Shown: one piece after another, positions 26,821-35,890 of the stretch | How positions within the stretch are numbered: the first letter of the stretch is position 1 | How the letters are laid out: every line of letters begins with the position of its first letter | From: a virus | Lineage: Duplodnaviria > Caudoviricetes | Reading direction: 5' to 3' (one strand) | Length of the DNA: 64,000 bases | IMG/VR virus record: IMGVR_UViG_3300021295_000001 | The notes under the pieces: generated by a model | Told to the model about the DNA's origin: nothing | Database searches by the model: none | Seen by the model: only the letters and a program-made list of their open reading frames with translations | Made by a program: the position numbers and the translations under genes

Positions 26821-29466
26821 ATGGCCGAAAAAAGCAGACTGGAGATGTTAGCCTCCAAACTAAACAGGAAACGCGAGGAACTAAACCGCGCTGGTTTTCA
26901 CGTCGAAGGGACAAGCGACATGGACGTCACGTCGAATTTCAACGACGTGATGCCGTTCGTGGCGGTTTACGAGAGCACGGTGATGTCGGAGTTCCCAGAA
27001 CTCGGCTCCATCGACGAGGCCCTATGCGGACACGACCTCTTCACCGAAATGACCGAGAACGGCCTTGATGACAAGACCGCGATAGAATTCATCACGGAGA
27101 CGATTGGGAAGGCGCTTGGGTCGGACGAAGACGACGAAGAACACGTTGGCGAATCCTCGCTGACGGAGGGTGCTTCCAACTTCCACGGGGACGGTGGCGC
27201 CGAATGGTTGCCTTTATTGGTCTTCATGTCTGACGAAGAGGTATGGGACAAAATCAAATACTATGCCGAGCAGGAATACGTCGGCCACGAGGATGAGCAG
27301 GATTGGGACGAGTTCCTCCAGGAATTCGCCGACGAGCACTACGACGAATACTCGCAAGGCGTCTGCGTCTTGGACGACGACGAGATTAAGGCCCTCGAGG
27401 AGAAGATTGACGAGTTCAACTACGAAATTCACAGGCAAGGCGAGTCCATCACTGGTACCGAGGAATACGACGACGGCGACATACTGAAGAACTCCGAGAC
27501 CGAGATTAAGGGCGGTTATTACGAGGGCTATCAGATTTTCACCGAGTTCCAGTACAAGGACGACGAGAACCTATCCGAGGAACTCAGGAAGCCGTTCCAG
27601 GATTTCTACGCGGAAATCAAAAAGGAATTCGGTTTGACCGAACTTTCCGTCGCCTACAAGGCGTCCAACGGGGAGACTGGCTACAGAATCGTCGAGGAGG
27701 CCCGCGACGAAGCCAAGCGCAACCACAGACTCGGAGAATGCGACAAAGTCAAGGAATCCGTGAGTTGGTCCTATTTCGACAAATTCGACCCCATATTCGA
27801 CCAATACCTTCCCGATTACGGGGAGGGCGACGACATGGCCACCCAAGCGGTGACCGCCGTGTGCAAACTCGTTTACAAGTGGTACAACGACGGCGACGTT
27901 TTCGACAACGTCATGCAGAGGTCCATCGTCGGGTTCGGCAACGACCTGGCGTCATACGCGAACTGGCTTTACCACAACGTCCCCGAGACCAGGAAAATCC
28001 TCACGGGAATCAAAAAGGTTAGGAAGGACGGGGATTACGAGGACCTACTCCAAAAATTGGCCGACGCCGTTTTGGACGCCGAAAAACTCGATGGCCTCAG
28101 CCAAAGGAAAAAGGAAGGCTCCGTGTACGAAGGCGACTTCCCGTTCTCATACGAGTTCCGTAGCGAAAGCGAATACGACGAATCTCTTCACGAAGACGAT
28201 GACGAAATCGAGGAAGACGATGAACCTTGGGTTGGATATAAGATTTCCACACCAGATTTTCCAGATTCGGAAGATGTGTATTTCGACGATTTAGAAGAAG
28301 CGAAAAAGGCATTTGATAAACTCATCGACGAAGGAACAAAGCAAGTAAGACTGTATGCAGTTCAGGAGGCGGAATTTTCATATGGCGAGGACATCGAGGA
28401 ATTGTTGTTCTCTTATGACGACGATGACGAAGACGAATCCATCAAGGAGTCCAGTAAGGACTACTACGAATACCCCGCTGGCTCTGGTTGCCACGTAAGG
28501 GAGACCGAATCCAAATTCGTCGCCATAGGCAAAAACGGGGAGACAATCGGCGAATCCGACACCAAGGCTGGAGCCGAGGCCCTAATCGACGCCCAATGCA
28601 AGGAATGCGTTAATGAGGACACCGTGAAGCAGGGTGGCCACTGGGTCAACAAAGGCAAGGAAGGCACCCACGGAAAGTTCAGGACCAAGAAGCAGGCCGA
28701 CGCCCAGCGCAAGGCCATGTTCGCCAACGGATACAAGGAATCCACTGACCTTGGGGAAGGTGTTAAATACCACGATTTCTTGGACGATAAGGAAAAGATG
28801 AGGGATTTCAAAAAACTATCAAAGAGTGATTTCCTTAAATCGTATTCCTATCTGACGGAACTTGAATACGACCTTACCGCTAAAGCGCTTAAAGACAAAA
28901 ATAAAGCCAACGAATCCGCCGACTTGGGAGAATCCAAGAATAGCGATAACCCGTATCTTAAGAACACCCGCATCAAACTCGGCAAAGGCGAGCACGTCAA
29001 CAAAAACGCTGGCGACCCAGTCAAGAACATGCAGGCCTTCAACCACGCCATGGGCGAAGGAATCGACGCCGAAGCCGAACCAGAAGGCGAGTGCGACCAC
29101 GATTGCGAGGCTTCCATGCTCTCCAACGAGTTCAGCAAAAACGTCAAGGACGAATGGGACGCCATCGAGGGATACAACATCCTCAAAACGGAGATAGAGG
29201 CGTCGAGCCTCACCGACGAGGAGAAGGCCAAACTGGTCGCCATCGTCGACGACATCCGCGGTGAGGAATACAGGCACGTTGGCCAATTGGAGACCGCCGT
29301 CAAGACGGTCGCCCCGCAGGCCGACGACATAGAGAAGGGCAAGGAGGAGGCCGACGGGCAGGAAGCGTCCGCCGAGCATCACGAAGAGCCCGAGGAACAC
29401 GCTGAGGAAATCGCCTCCGAAGAGGAGGAGACCATCGTGGAGCCCAAGGAGGGAGAAGGCGAATAG
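26821..29466 (+). CDS. 881-aa acidic modular protein with a C-terminal ferritin-like helix pair
   Basis: AAGGAG SD; many ES.L.E linkers; DEWDAIEGY...DIRGEEYRHVGQL. Confidence 0.8.
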   Translation: MAEKSRLEMLASKLNRKREELNRAGFHVEGTSDMDVTSNFNDVMPFVAVYESTVMSEFPELGSIDEALCGHDLFTEMTENGLDDKTAIEFITETIGKALGSDEDDEEHVGESSLTEGASNFHGDGGAEWLPLLVFMSDEEVWDKIKYYAEQEYVGHEDEQDWDEFLQEFADEHYDEYSQGVCVLDDDEIKALEEKIDEFNYEIHRQGESITGTEEYDDGDILKNSETEIKGGYYEGYQIFTEFQYKDDENLSEELRKPFQDFYAEIKKEFGLTELSVAYKASNGETGYRIVEEARDEAKRNHRLGECDKVKESVSWSYFDKFDPIFDQYLPDYGEGDDMATQAVTAVCKLVYKWYNDGDVFDNVMQRSIVGFGNDLASYANWLYHNVPETRKILTGIKKVRKDGDYEDLLQKLADAVLDAEKLDGLSQRKKEGSVYEGDFPFSYEFRSESEYDESLHEDDDEIEEDDEPWVGYKISTPDFPDSEDVYFDDLEEAKKAFDKLIDEGTKQVRLYAVQEAEFSYGEDIEELLFSYDDDDEDESIKESSKDYYEYPAGSGCHVRETESKFVAIGKNGETIGESDTKAGAEALIDAQCKECVNEDTVKQGGHWVNKGKEGTHGKFRTKKQADAQRKAMFANGYKESTDLGEGVKYHDFLDDKEKMRDFKKLSKSDFLKSYSYLTELEYDLTAKALKDKNKANESADLGESKNSDNPYLKNTRIKLGKGEHVNKNAGDPVKNMQAFNHAMGEGIDAEAEPEGECDHDCEASMLSNEFSKNVKDEWDAIEGYNILKTEIEASSLTDEEKAKLVAIVDDIRGEEYRHVGQLETAVKTVAPQADDIEKGKEEADGQEASAEHHEEPEEHAEEIASEEEETIVEPKEGEGE

Positions 29467-29504
29467 CCTTCCTTTCCGCTTATAACCAAGGAGGAACGAC
29501 ATCA

Positions 29505-31184
29505 ATGTTCGGAATCAAATACGCGTTCATGCCACTCGTTCAATACGAGGACGAAGAGGAGGCCTACATAAGGTCTTTGCGCGAGGCCAAGGAAACCACG
29601 TTCGACATATCCGAGGATGGAATGTTCGACAGGGGCAACGCCTATTTCTACGCGAGGACTGGTAGCAAGGTCGATTTGGACGGCAAGGAATACACCGTCA
29701 CGACCGACGAGGAAGGCAACCACAGGATTGGCTATTCCGACACGATATACCTTAAGGACGCCGACGGCAACGTAACGACCGTGTCCAAGGCCGAGTTCAT
29801 CGAGAAGGCCACGCTCCTGAAAGAGGAGGCCAAGCCCGAGGAATACGGCGTTTGGCAGAACGTCGAGGCATCGAAGTACAAGAGCGGTGACCTCGCCGTT
29901 GGCTTCGTCGCCAAAGGCATGTCCAAGGAGGAAGCCGAGGCCAAAGCCAAGGAACTCTCCGACAAATACTGCAAATTCGGCGCTTGCACCTACGAGGTCA
30001 GGAAGGTCGACGAGTCGTTGGCCGAATCAGCCATCGTCGAGGAGCCCATCAAGTTGCTCGAACCCAAGTTCGATTCCAGGAAATCCTTCTACAAGAAAGC
30101 CAAGGTCGACGAAAGGGAAGACGGCACGAAGATACTTTGGTCGTACAACACCCCAGTCTGCAAGATAAAGGACGGGAAGGCCACGTTGCTCAAGAGGGGT
30201 TACCTCGGATGGTTCTCCTCCCCCACCACGCTCCGCCACGTGAAGGACTTCCTCCAGCAGAACGGATTCAAGATAGGTTCGAAATCGGAACTCGCCAAGA
30301 TGTACGAAACCGAACGCTACGACGAGTCGCTAATCACCGAGGCGGACGCCATGAAGGCCAACCTAGACGACGAGAAGGAGGTCGGGGAAGCCAAGGAAAT
30401 CCTGACCAAGGAACACGACGAGGAAGTGGAGCAGATAGTGGACGTCGACGCCAACACCGTCGCGGAACTCAAGGACTCCTACGTCGGTAACGTCATATTG
30501 CAATGCCCCGTGTGCAGGACGTTGCTCTACAAGAAGCCAGACGCCATCGAGAAAGCCGAGGATTCCGACATATACAACGTCGGCGAGGCCTGCCTGCATT
30601 GCGGTAGCGAGGACGGATACGGCTTGGTTGGCCAGGTCGCCGAACTGTCCGTGAAACCAGAAGTGGAGGACGACTCCACCACTGGCAAGGAAACAGATTC
30701 CCCCGACGTCGAGCCCGACAAGGAGGGCACCGAGTCCGAGGACGAGGTAGGCGTTGAGGTCGAGGAGACCGAGAAGGTCGGGGAACCCGTGGTAGAGGAA
30801 TCGCTCGCCAAGCCCGCAGAGGCCGACGAATTCGACGACGCGTCGTTCAACGCGCTGGTCACCGATTTCCTTACCGAGACTTACAACAACGTCACGGGAT
30901 TCACCGCCAACGAGGTGACGAAGGAAGGCTCGGACATAACCGTGTCTGGCTCAATCGCCTACGCGAGCGGTAAGGAACGCTCGACCGAGTTCAAACTGAA
31001 GGAGTCCGTCGAAGGCGGTTCAATCTCCTGGGAGGGTTCGAACCCGACGTTCGCTGGCGGTTCGTTCAGATTCGACGTCGTCAGCGAGGGGAACGTGGCG
31101 AAGGCCAAGGCCCTGTCCTACGAGATTGAGGCCAAGTCCGTCAACGAGTCCTACAAGGTCAAGGGGCGCATATCCCGCGCCTAA
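29505..31184 (+). CDS. 559-aa modular protein with a zinc-ribbon (CPVC/CLHC)
   Basis: AGGAGG SD; LREA, ESLAES, ESLITEA, LKES linkers. Confidence 0.8.
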   Translation: MFGIKYAFMPLVQYEDEEEAYIRSLREAKETTFDISEDGMFDRGNAYFYARTGSKVDLDGKEYTVTTDEEGNHRIGYSDTIYLKDADGNVTTVSKAEFIEKATLLKEEAKPEEYGVWQNVEASKYKSGDLAVGFVAKGMSKEEAEAKAKELSDKYCKFGACTYEVRKVDESLAESAIVEEPIKLLEPKFDSRKSFYKKAKVDEREDGTKILWSYNTPVCKIKDGKATLLKRGYLGWFSSPTTLRHVKDFLQQNGFKIGSKSELAKMYETERYDESLITEADAMKANLDDEKEVGEAKEILTKEHDEEVEQIVDVDANTVAELKDSYVGNVILQCPVCRTLLYKKPDAIEKAEDSDIYNVGEACLHCGSEDGYGLVGQVAELSVKPEVEDDSTTGKETDSPDVEPDKEGTESEDEVGVEVEETEKVGEPVVEESLAKPAEADEFDDASFNALVTDFLTETYNNVTGFTANEVTKEGSDITVSGSIAYASGKERSTEFKLKESVEGGSISWEGSNPTFAGGSFRFDVVSEGNVAKAKALSYEIEAKSVNESYKVKGRISRA

Positions 31185-31199
31185 CGAAAGGAGGGACCC

Positions 31200-31697
31200 A
31201 TGGAGGCAAACGACACGGGGTTCCTTCTGAATCCCAACAACATAAAACTGCACAGGATTTGGTTCAAGCAGATGTGCGACGCCATAGGCATAAAGGTCCT
31301 TCACAGGGCGCCCAGGGCGGACAAGCATTACAACGGAAGCGGTGAACTCGATTCGTTCTACTTCGAGCCAGAGGTGGTCGGTTGCATCTTCGACGAGCAC
31401 CCGACGATATGGACGTGCAGGAAACTCGGATGGAACTCCGAATTGCAGGAGGATGCGTCCATAATACACATCCCCTACGACACCAAGGGAATCCAAGTTG
31501 GCTCGCTGTTCATCGTCCCAAGTGGCATAGACCACTCCGTCGGAAGGCTTTTCAGGGTGGTGCGCATGAGCACCATATCCGTTTACCCAGCGTCCATAGC
31601 CTGCGAGATTGCGCCCATGTGGCAATCCGATTTCGAGAAATCGCAACTCGACCACAAATACTCCGACTTCAGCCTGTTGGCAGACGAGGAGGAATAA
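31200..31697 (+). CDS. putative head-closure/neck protein
   Basis: Position between head and tail genes; beta-rich, RKLGW motif. Confidence 0.55.
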   Translation: MEANDTGFLLNPNNIKLHRIWFKQMCDAIGIKVLHRAPRADKHYNGSGELDSFYFEPEVVGCIFDEHPTIWTCRKLGWNSELQEDASIIHIPYDTKGIQVGSLFIVPSGIDHSVGRLFRVVRMSTISVYPASIACEIAPMWQSDFEKSQLDHKYSDFSLLADEEE

Positions 31698-31700
31698 CCC

Positions 31701-32093
31701 ATGGTGACCTACGTAAGCAGGGATTTCCCGCAGGAGTTCCTGCACCGTTGGTTGCCAGCGTTCGTCGCCAAAAGGATGCGTTCCAACTCCAACTCCGTGA
31801 GGGCCAAGGCGATGGACAAGGCGCTGAGGAACAAATACGGGGTTTCGCTCGACGACGTCATAATGGCTCTGTCGTCGACCGACATGGCCCAGGACGACGG
31901 GGCAAAGGAGAGGATAACCGTGCCCGCGGAGGCGACGCTGAACGGGCATTCGCTCAGCGAGATAGTCAGGTTCGTGGACGACGGGGACCTAAGCGTGTTC
32001 GGCACTGGCCTGTACACCGACGCGTTGAGATTCGTCCATGACAACGCCATGGACATATACAGGCTGTACATCGTAAGCGGAGGAGGATACTGA
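31701..32093 (+). CDS. hypothetical protein
   Basis: GAGGA SD; coupled to the next gene. Confidence 0.7.
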   Translation: MVTYVSRDFPQEFLHRWLPAFVAKRMRSNSNSVRAKAMDKALRNKYGVSLDDVIMALSSTDMAQDDGAKERITVPAEATLNGHSLSEIVRFVDDGDLSVFGTGLYTDALRFVHDNAMDIYRLYIVSGGGY

Positions 32094-32761
32094 TGGCCGT
32101 TAGGTTCTACGACGACGCGCTCGCGTCCAAGATACAGAACTGGATTAAGGACGACTCGATAAAGGTCCTTAAGCCAGACGAGACTTCGAGGCTCTTCCGC
32201 ATGAAGGCCGACGAGGGCATGGACAAGCCCATAGCGTTGCCCATCATCTCCCTATCCAGGGGCACCGACATCGAGATTCTCAACGTCGGGAAGAAGCCAT
32301 TGAGTTACGACGGCCTCAGGTTGCGTTGCTACGACAAGCGCGGAAACGAGGTAACCCCCTCGTCGTCCGCTTACAAACTGAACGCGATACCGATTAGCAT
32401 ATCGTACAACCTCGACATATACACGAGGGACCTGGAGGAGTGCGACGAGTACATGAGGAACTTCGTGTTCAACTTCGTCAACTACCCGAAACTCACGATA
32501 ACAATACCCTACAACGACGTGGACATCCACCACGATTCGACGGTGAGGCTTGAGCCAGTCGTGACGGACAACAGCGACATCCCAGAGAGGCTGTTCCCGT
32601 CCCAGTTCACGAGGTACACGCTTAGGCTCGTCGTCGACGACGCATACCTGTTCAGCGTGCCCGCGAAGCCGTTCGTGGCCATCTCCGAGGTGGGCCTCCG
32701 CGTAAAGGACTCGCCCGACGTCGATTCCACGTGGTCGGACGAAATGCCGATAGGGGCTTAG
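32093..32761 (+). CDS. putative tail terminator/sheath stabiliser (gp15-like)
   Basis: LPIISLSR...AIPISISYNLDIYTR pattern, directly upstream of sheath. Confidence 0.65.
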   Translation: MAVRFYDDALASKIQNWIKDDSIKVLKPDETSRLFRMKADEGMDKPIALPIISLSRGTDIEILNVGKKPLSYDGLRLRCYDKRGNEVTPSSSAYKLNAIPISISYNLDIYTRDLEECDEYMRNFVFNFVNYPKLTITIPYNDVDIHHDSTVRLEPVVTDNSDIPERLFPSQFTRYTLRLVVDDAYLFSVPAKPFVAISEVGLRVKDSPDVDSTWSDEMPIGA

Positions 32762-32804
32762 CGTTTGCTAAATTATATGATTTACCAGCATTAGGAGACA
32801 CAAA

Positions 32805-33989
32805 ATGCCGAAAACCGTAATAAAAGAGATAGACAACACTGGCGTGCGCATAGAAGACGGCGCCGACACTGTTTATATCATCGCCGAGAAGGCCAGTGGC
32901 GCCAGCATGGCCAAGCCAGTTTTGTGCACCCGCCTTTCCAAATTGACAAGCAAGGAAAGCGAATTAGCCTCGACGGGGCTTGGATACAAATTGGCCAAGT
33001 CGCTTTTGACCAGGGGCATCCACGTTCTCTATCAGGAGTTCGCCAGCGATGGCGAGAGTGGCATAACGTTCTTGGAAGAGGGCGCTGACCTAACCAAAGC
33101 CATCGAGGACCAGAACCTGTACGACATCAGGTTCATCGTGTCTGGCGTTCCCCTCACCGACGCCCAACAGTTGAGGATTCTTGAAATCGCGTCCGTCAGG
33201 GGCGATTGCGTCGCGTTGCTGGACCACCCCGAGGATTGCGAATCGGAAAAACAGGTCGAGGAATACTTCTCTTCGCTCGTCGGCACCGCCGTGCCGCCCG
33301 ACTCTGCCATAAACTGGTCAAACGCCGTGGCCGTAACCCCGTGGTATTCCGACTCCGAGATAGGGGACAGCGTACCCGCTTCGTTCGGCTACCTAATCGC
33401 TTATGCCGAAAGCGTCAGGCTGAACCCGTCGTGGTTCGCCGTCGCTGGCGCGTTCAGGGGCGTCATCCCCACATTGGTTGGCGTGAACGTGAATTACACC
33501 TCGGCCGAAGTCGAGGCCTTGCAATGCGTGCCATTCGGTGGCTCCTCAAGCGCCGAGCCTACCCTATCGTTCGCCATCAACCCGATTTCCTACGTCCGCC
33601 CAGTCGGCTACGTAATCAACGGCAACAGGACCTTGCTCGTCAACGAAGGCGCCACCAGCGAAGACGTGGTTCTCAAGGCCACCTCGTTCCTCAACATAAG
33701 GAACCTCGTTTCGGCGTTGCACAAGAGGATGTTCGAAGCAGCCAACAGATACCGTTTCGAGCAGAACGACGACCTGCTTTGGGTCAACTTCACCTCGGAG
33801 ATAATCCCGCTTTTGGAACAGATGAAATCCGACAGGGGACTCAACAACTACACCATCACGAGGCTCGCCACCGACAAGAAGGCCCAGGTTCGCGGAAGGG
33901 TGACCATATCGCCCATCGAGGCCGTCGAGGACTTCGATTTGGAAATCGAGTTGTCCGATTCAACGGACGAGCCCGTCGTGATTGCCTAA
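32805..33989 (+). CDS. tail sheath protein
   Basis: WFAVAG..RG, INPI, NIRNLV, FEQND..W, PIEAVE motifs. Confidence 0.9.
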   Translation: MPKTVIKEIDNTGVRIEDGADTVYIIAEKASGASMAKPVLCTRLSKLTSKESELASTGLGYKLAKSLLTRGIHVLYQEFASDGESGITFLEEGADLTKAIEDQNLYDIRFIVSGVPLTDAQQLRILEIASVRGDCVALLDHPEDCESEKQVEEYFSSLVGTAVPPDSAINWSNAVAVTPWYSDSEIGDSVPASFGYLIAYAESVRLNPSWFAVAGAFRGVIPTLVGVNVNYTSAEVEALQCVPFGGSSSAEPTLSFAINPISYVRPVGYVINGNRTLLVNEGATSEDVVLKATSFLNIRNLVSALHKRMFEAANRYRFEQNDDLLWVNFTSEIIPLLEQMKSDRGLNNYTITRLATDKKAQVRGRVTISPIEAVEDFDLEIELSDSTDEPVVIA

Positions 33990-34007
33990 TTGGAGGAACA
34001 GAAACAG

Positions 34008-34601
34008 ATGAAACACAGCGCATGGCATTTGGCCGATAATCCCAAACTATACGAACCCGCTAGGAACAACAACTTCGAGTTCGTGGTCACGGGAATCGAC
34101 ACCCTGTTGAAGGCTGGCTTGGACGACGCCGTCGCCCACAGCGCCAACTCCTTCATAAAGAACGCGCAGGAAACGATACGCCTATCCGTCGTATCCTCCT
34201 CGGTCCCCCATTTCTCTTTGGGCAAAATAGAGGTCAAGCGTGGCAACGACACCATCAAGTTCGCTGGCACCCCCACGTTCTCCGATTTGCCTTTGGTCCT
34301 GAACGACTACATGGGCGCCAAGACCAAGGACGCCCTCCTCGCGTGGCAGGCATTGGCCTACAACGTCAGGAACGGCTACATCAACAAGGCCACCGTCTAC
34401 AAGAAGGACTGCAGGTTGCTCGAGTATTCCCCCGACTATCAGGAGGTCCTGAGGGAGTGGGTAATCGAGGGCGCTTGGGTTCAGGAAGTGTCCGAAGACC
34501 CCTTCTCCAACGAGAACGAGGGAAAGCGCACCGTGAACGTGACTGTCGTTTACGACAGGGCTTACCCGACTGACGCCAACATCGTCAAGGAAGACGAGTA
34601 A
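34008..34601 (+). CDS. tail tube protein (gp19-like)
   Basis: Follows sheath; KFAGTPTF, YKKD..L, GAW...V.YD. Confidence 0.85.
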   Translation: MKHSAWHLADNPKLYEPARNNNFEFVVTGIDTLLKAGLDDAVAHSANSFIKNAQETIRLSVVSSSVPHFSLGKIEVKRGNDTIKFAGTPTFSDLPLVLNDYMGAKTKDALLAWQALAYNVRNGYINKATVYKKDCRLLEYSPDYQEVLREWVIEGAWVQEVSEDPFSNENEGKRTVNVTVVYDRAYPTDANIVKEDE

Positions 34602-34610
34602 AAGACAATC

Positions 34611-34635
34611 TCCGAGGCCGTGCCTCGGTTTTTGT
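34611..34635 (+). terminator. intrinsic terminator
   Basis: CCGAGGC-CGT-GCCTCGGTTTTT. Confidence 0.75.
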
Positions 34636-34682
34636 TTGCCCAAATGCTTTTTATAATTTTATAAAAATCGTGCTAAATTCAG

Positions 34683-34895
34683 GTGAAAGTTCAAAGGGGA
34701 TTTTCCGTGAAGATAAAGGTTACAGAGAAAGAATCGAACGCAAAGCCCAAAGTCGTGGCGTTGGCGATGCCAGAAAGACTGCGCGCCTCCATAAAGAAGG
34801 AGGCGTACGAGAACGACATCTCGTTCTCGGCCATGGTGAGAAGGATATTGGAGGAGCATTACTCCAAACAGTCCGAAGCGCAGGAAGGGCGCTAA
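34683..34895 (+). CDS. ribbon-helix-helix (Arc/CopG-like) DNA-binding protein
   Basis: VALAMPERLRASIKKEA....ISFSAMVRRILEE. Confidence 0.7.
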   Translation: MKVQRGFSVKIKVTEKESNAKPKVVALAMPERLRASIKKEAYENDISFSAMVRRILEEHYSKQSEAQEGR

Positions 34896-34911
34896 ATTCA
34901 GGGAGCATATC

Positions 34912-35667
34912 ATGATTGGAACTAGCATTCAGGAAACATTCGTATTGCCTTCGCATGGCAAGGTTTACGGCGAGGAATTCGACCCGCACGTGACGTTGCG
35001 TAGCATGACGACGCTCGAGGAGATGAGGCGCCTGTCCCACGGCGATTCGGAATACAGGATTATGTCCGACATAATCGACGCGTGCATAACGAGCAAACTC
35101 CCGATTTCGTCCTACGACATGTGTTTGGGCGACTATCAGTTCCTGCTTCACAAACTGAGGGCCGTGACCTATGGCAAGGAATACAAGATGGCCTACCAGT
35201 GCCCGAATTGCGGTGAGGTGGTCAGCACCACCGTGGACCTCGACGACCTGGACGTGGTGGAATACGACGAGGAGGCGTTGGGGAGCATGTCCCTTACCTT
35301 GCCCGTCACCGAGAAGAAGATTACGCTCAGCATGCAGACGCCCAGGATGTTGGACGAAATAAAGGAAAAGGCCAAGGCGCTAAAGAAGAAAACGAAGGAC
35401 CAAGCCGTGAACTACGAGATTCTGTTCGCGACGATGTCGTTCATATCGACCGTCGAAGGCAAGACGATGGACGAGCCCCATTTGGAACAATTCGTGAGGG
35501 ACCTCCCCATGAAGGACGTGTACGCCATAATACAGAAGGGCGACGAACTTAACAGAAAGGTAGGGTTGGACACCTCGATAATCGCAATCTGCCCAGAGTG
35601 CGGTTACGAGAGTGTCACGCAGTTTCGCATCCAACCAGAGTTTTTTGGACCCAGTGTCGTTGTCTGA
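34912..35667 (+). CDS. baseplate hub/tail assembly chaperone (T4 gp26-like)
   Basis: LPSHG.VY, two CPxC motifs, terminal EFFGP; upstream of tape measure. Confidence 0.8.
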   Translation: MIGTSIQETFVLPSHGKVYGEEFDPHVTLRSMTTLEEMRRLSHGDSEYRIMSDIIDACITSKLPISSYDMCLGDYQFLLHKLRAVTYGKEYKMAYQCPNCGEVVSTTVDLDDLDVVEYDEEALGSMSLTLPVTEKKITLSMQTPRMLDEIKEKAKALKKKTKDQAVNYEILFATMSFISTVEGKTMDEPHLEQFVRDLPMKDVYAIIQKGDELNRKVGLDTSIIAICPECGYESVTQFRIQPEFFGPSVVV

Positions 35668-35875
35668 CGGCACGCCGTATGGCCCAAGCAGGTACAAGGA
35701 GATAGTGTTGGAGTGCTATCGCATAAGCGGTAGGATAAACACCTCGTACACCGACGTCATGCAGATAACGCCGTTGGAGAGGAAATACATACTCAGCATG
35801 CTGGACCTGGAGGACAAGAAACGGGAAGAGGAACTCACCAAGATAAAGCAAAGCGCTTCTAGCAAGAAGAGATAA
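35642..35875 (+). CDS. probable frameshift extension of the tail assembly chaperone
   Basis: Overlapping +1/-2 frame with no clear SD, entered at GAG TTT TTT GGA. Confidence 0.55.
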   Translation, partial: FLDPVSLSDGTPYGPSRYKEIVLECYRISGRINTSYTDVMQITPLERKYILSMLDLEDKKREEELTKIKQSASSKKR

Positions 35876-35890
35876 CGAAAGGAGGCCGTC

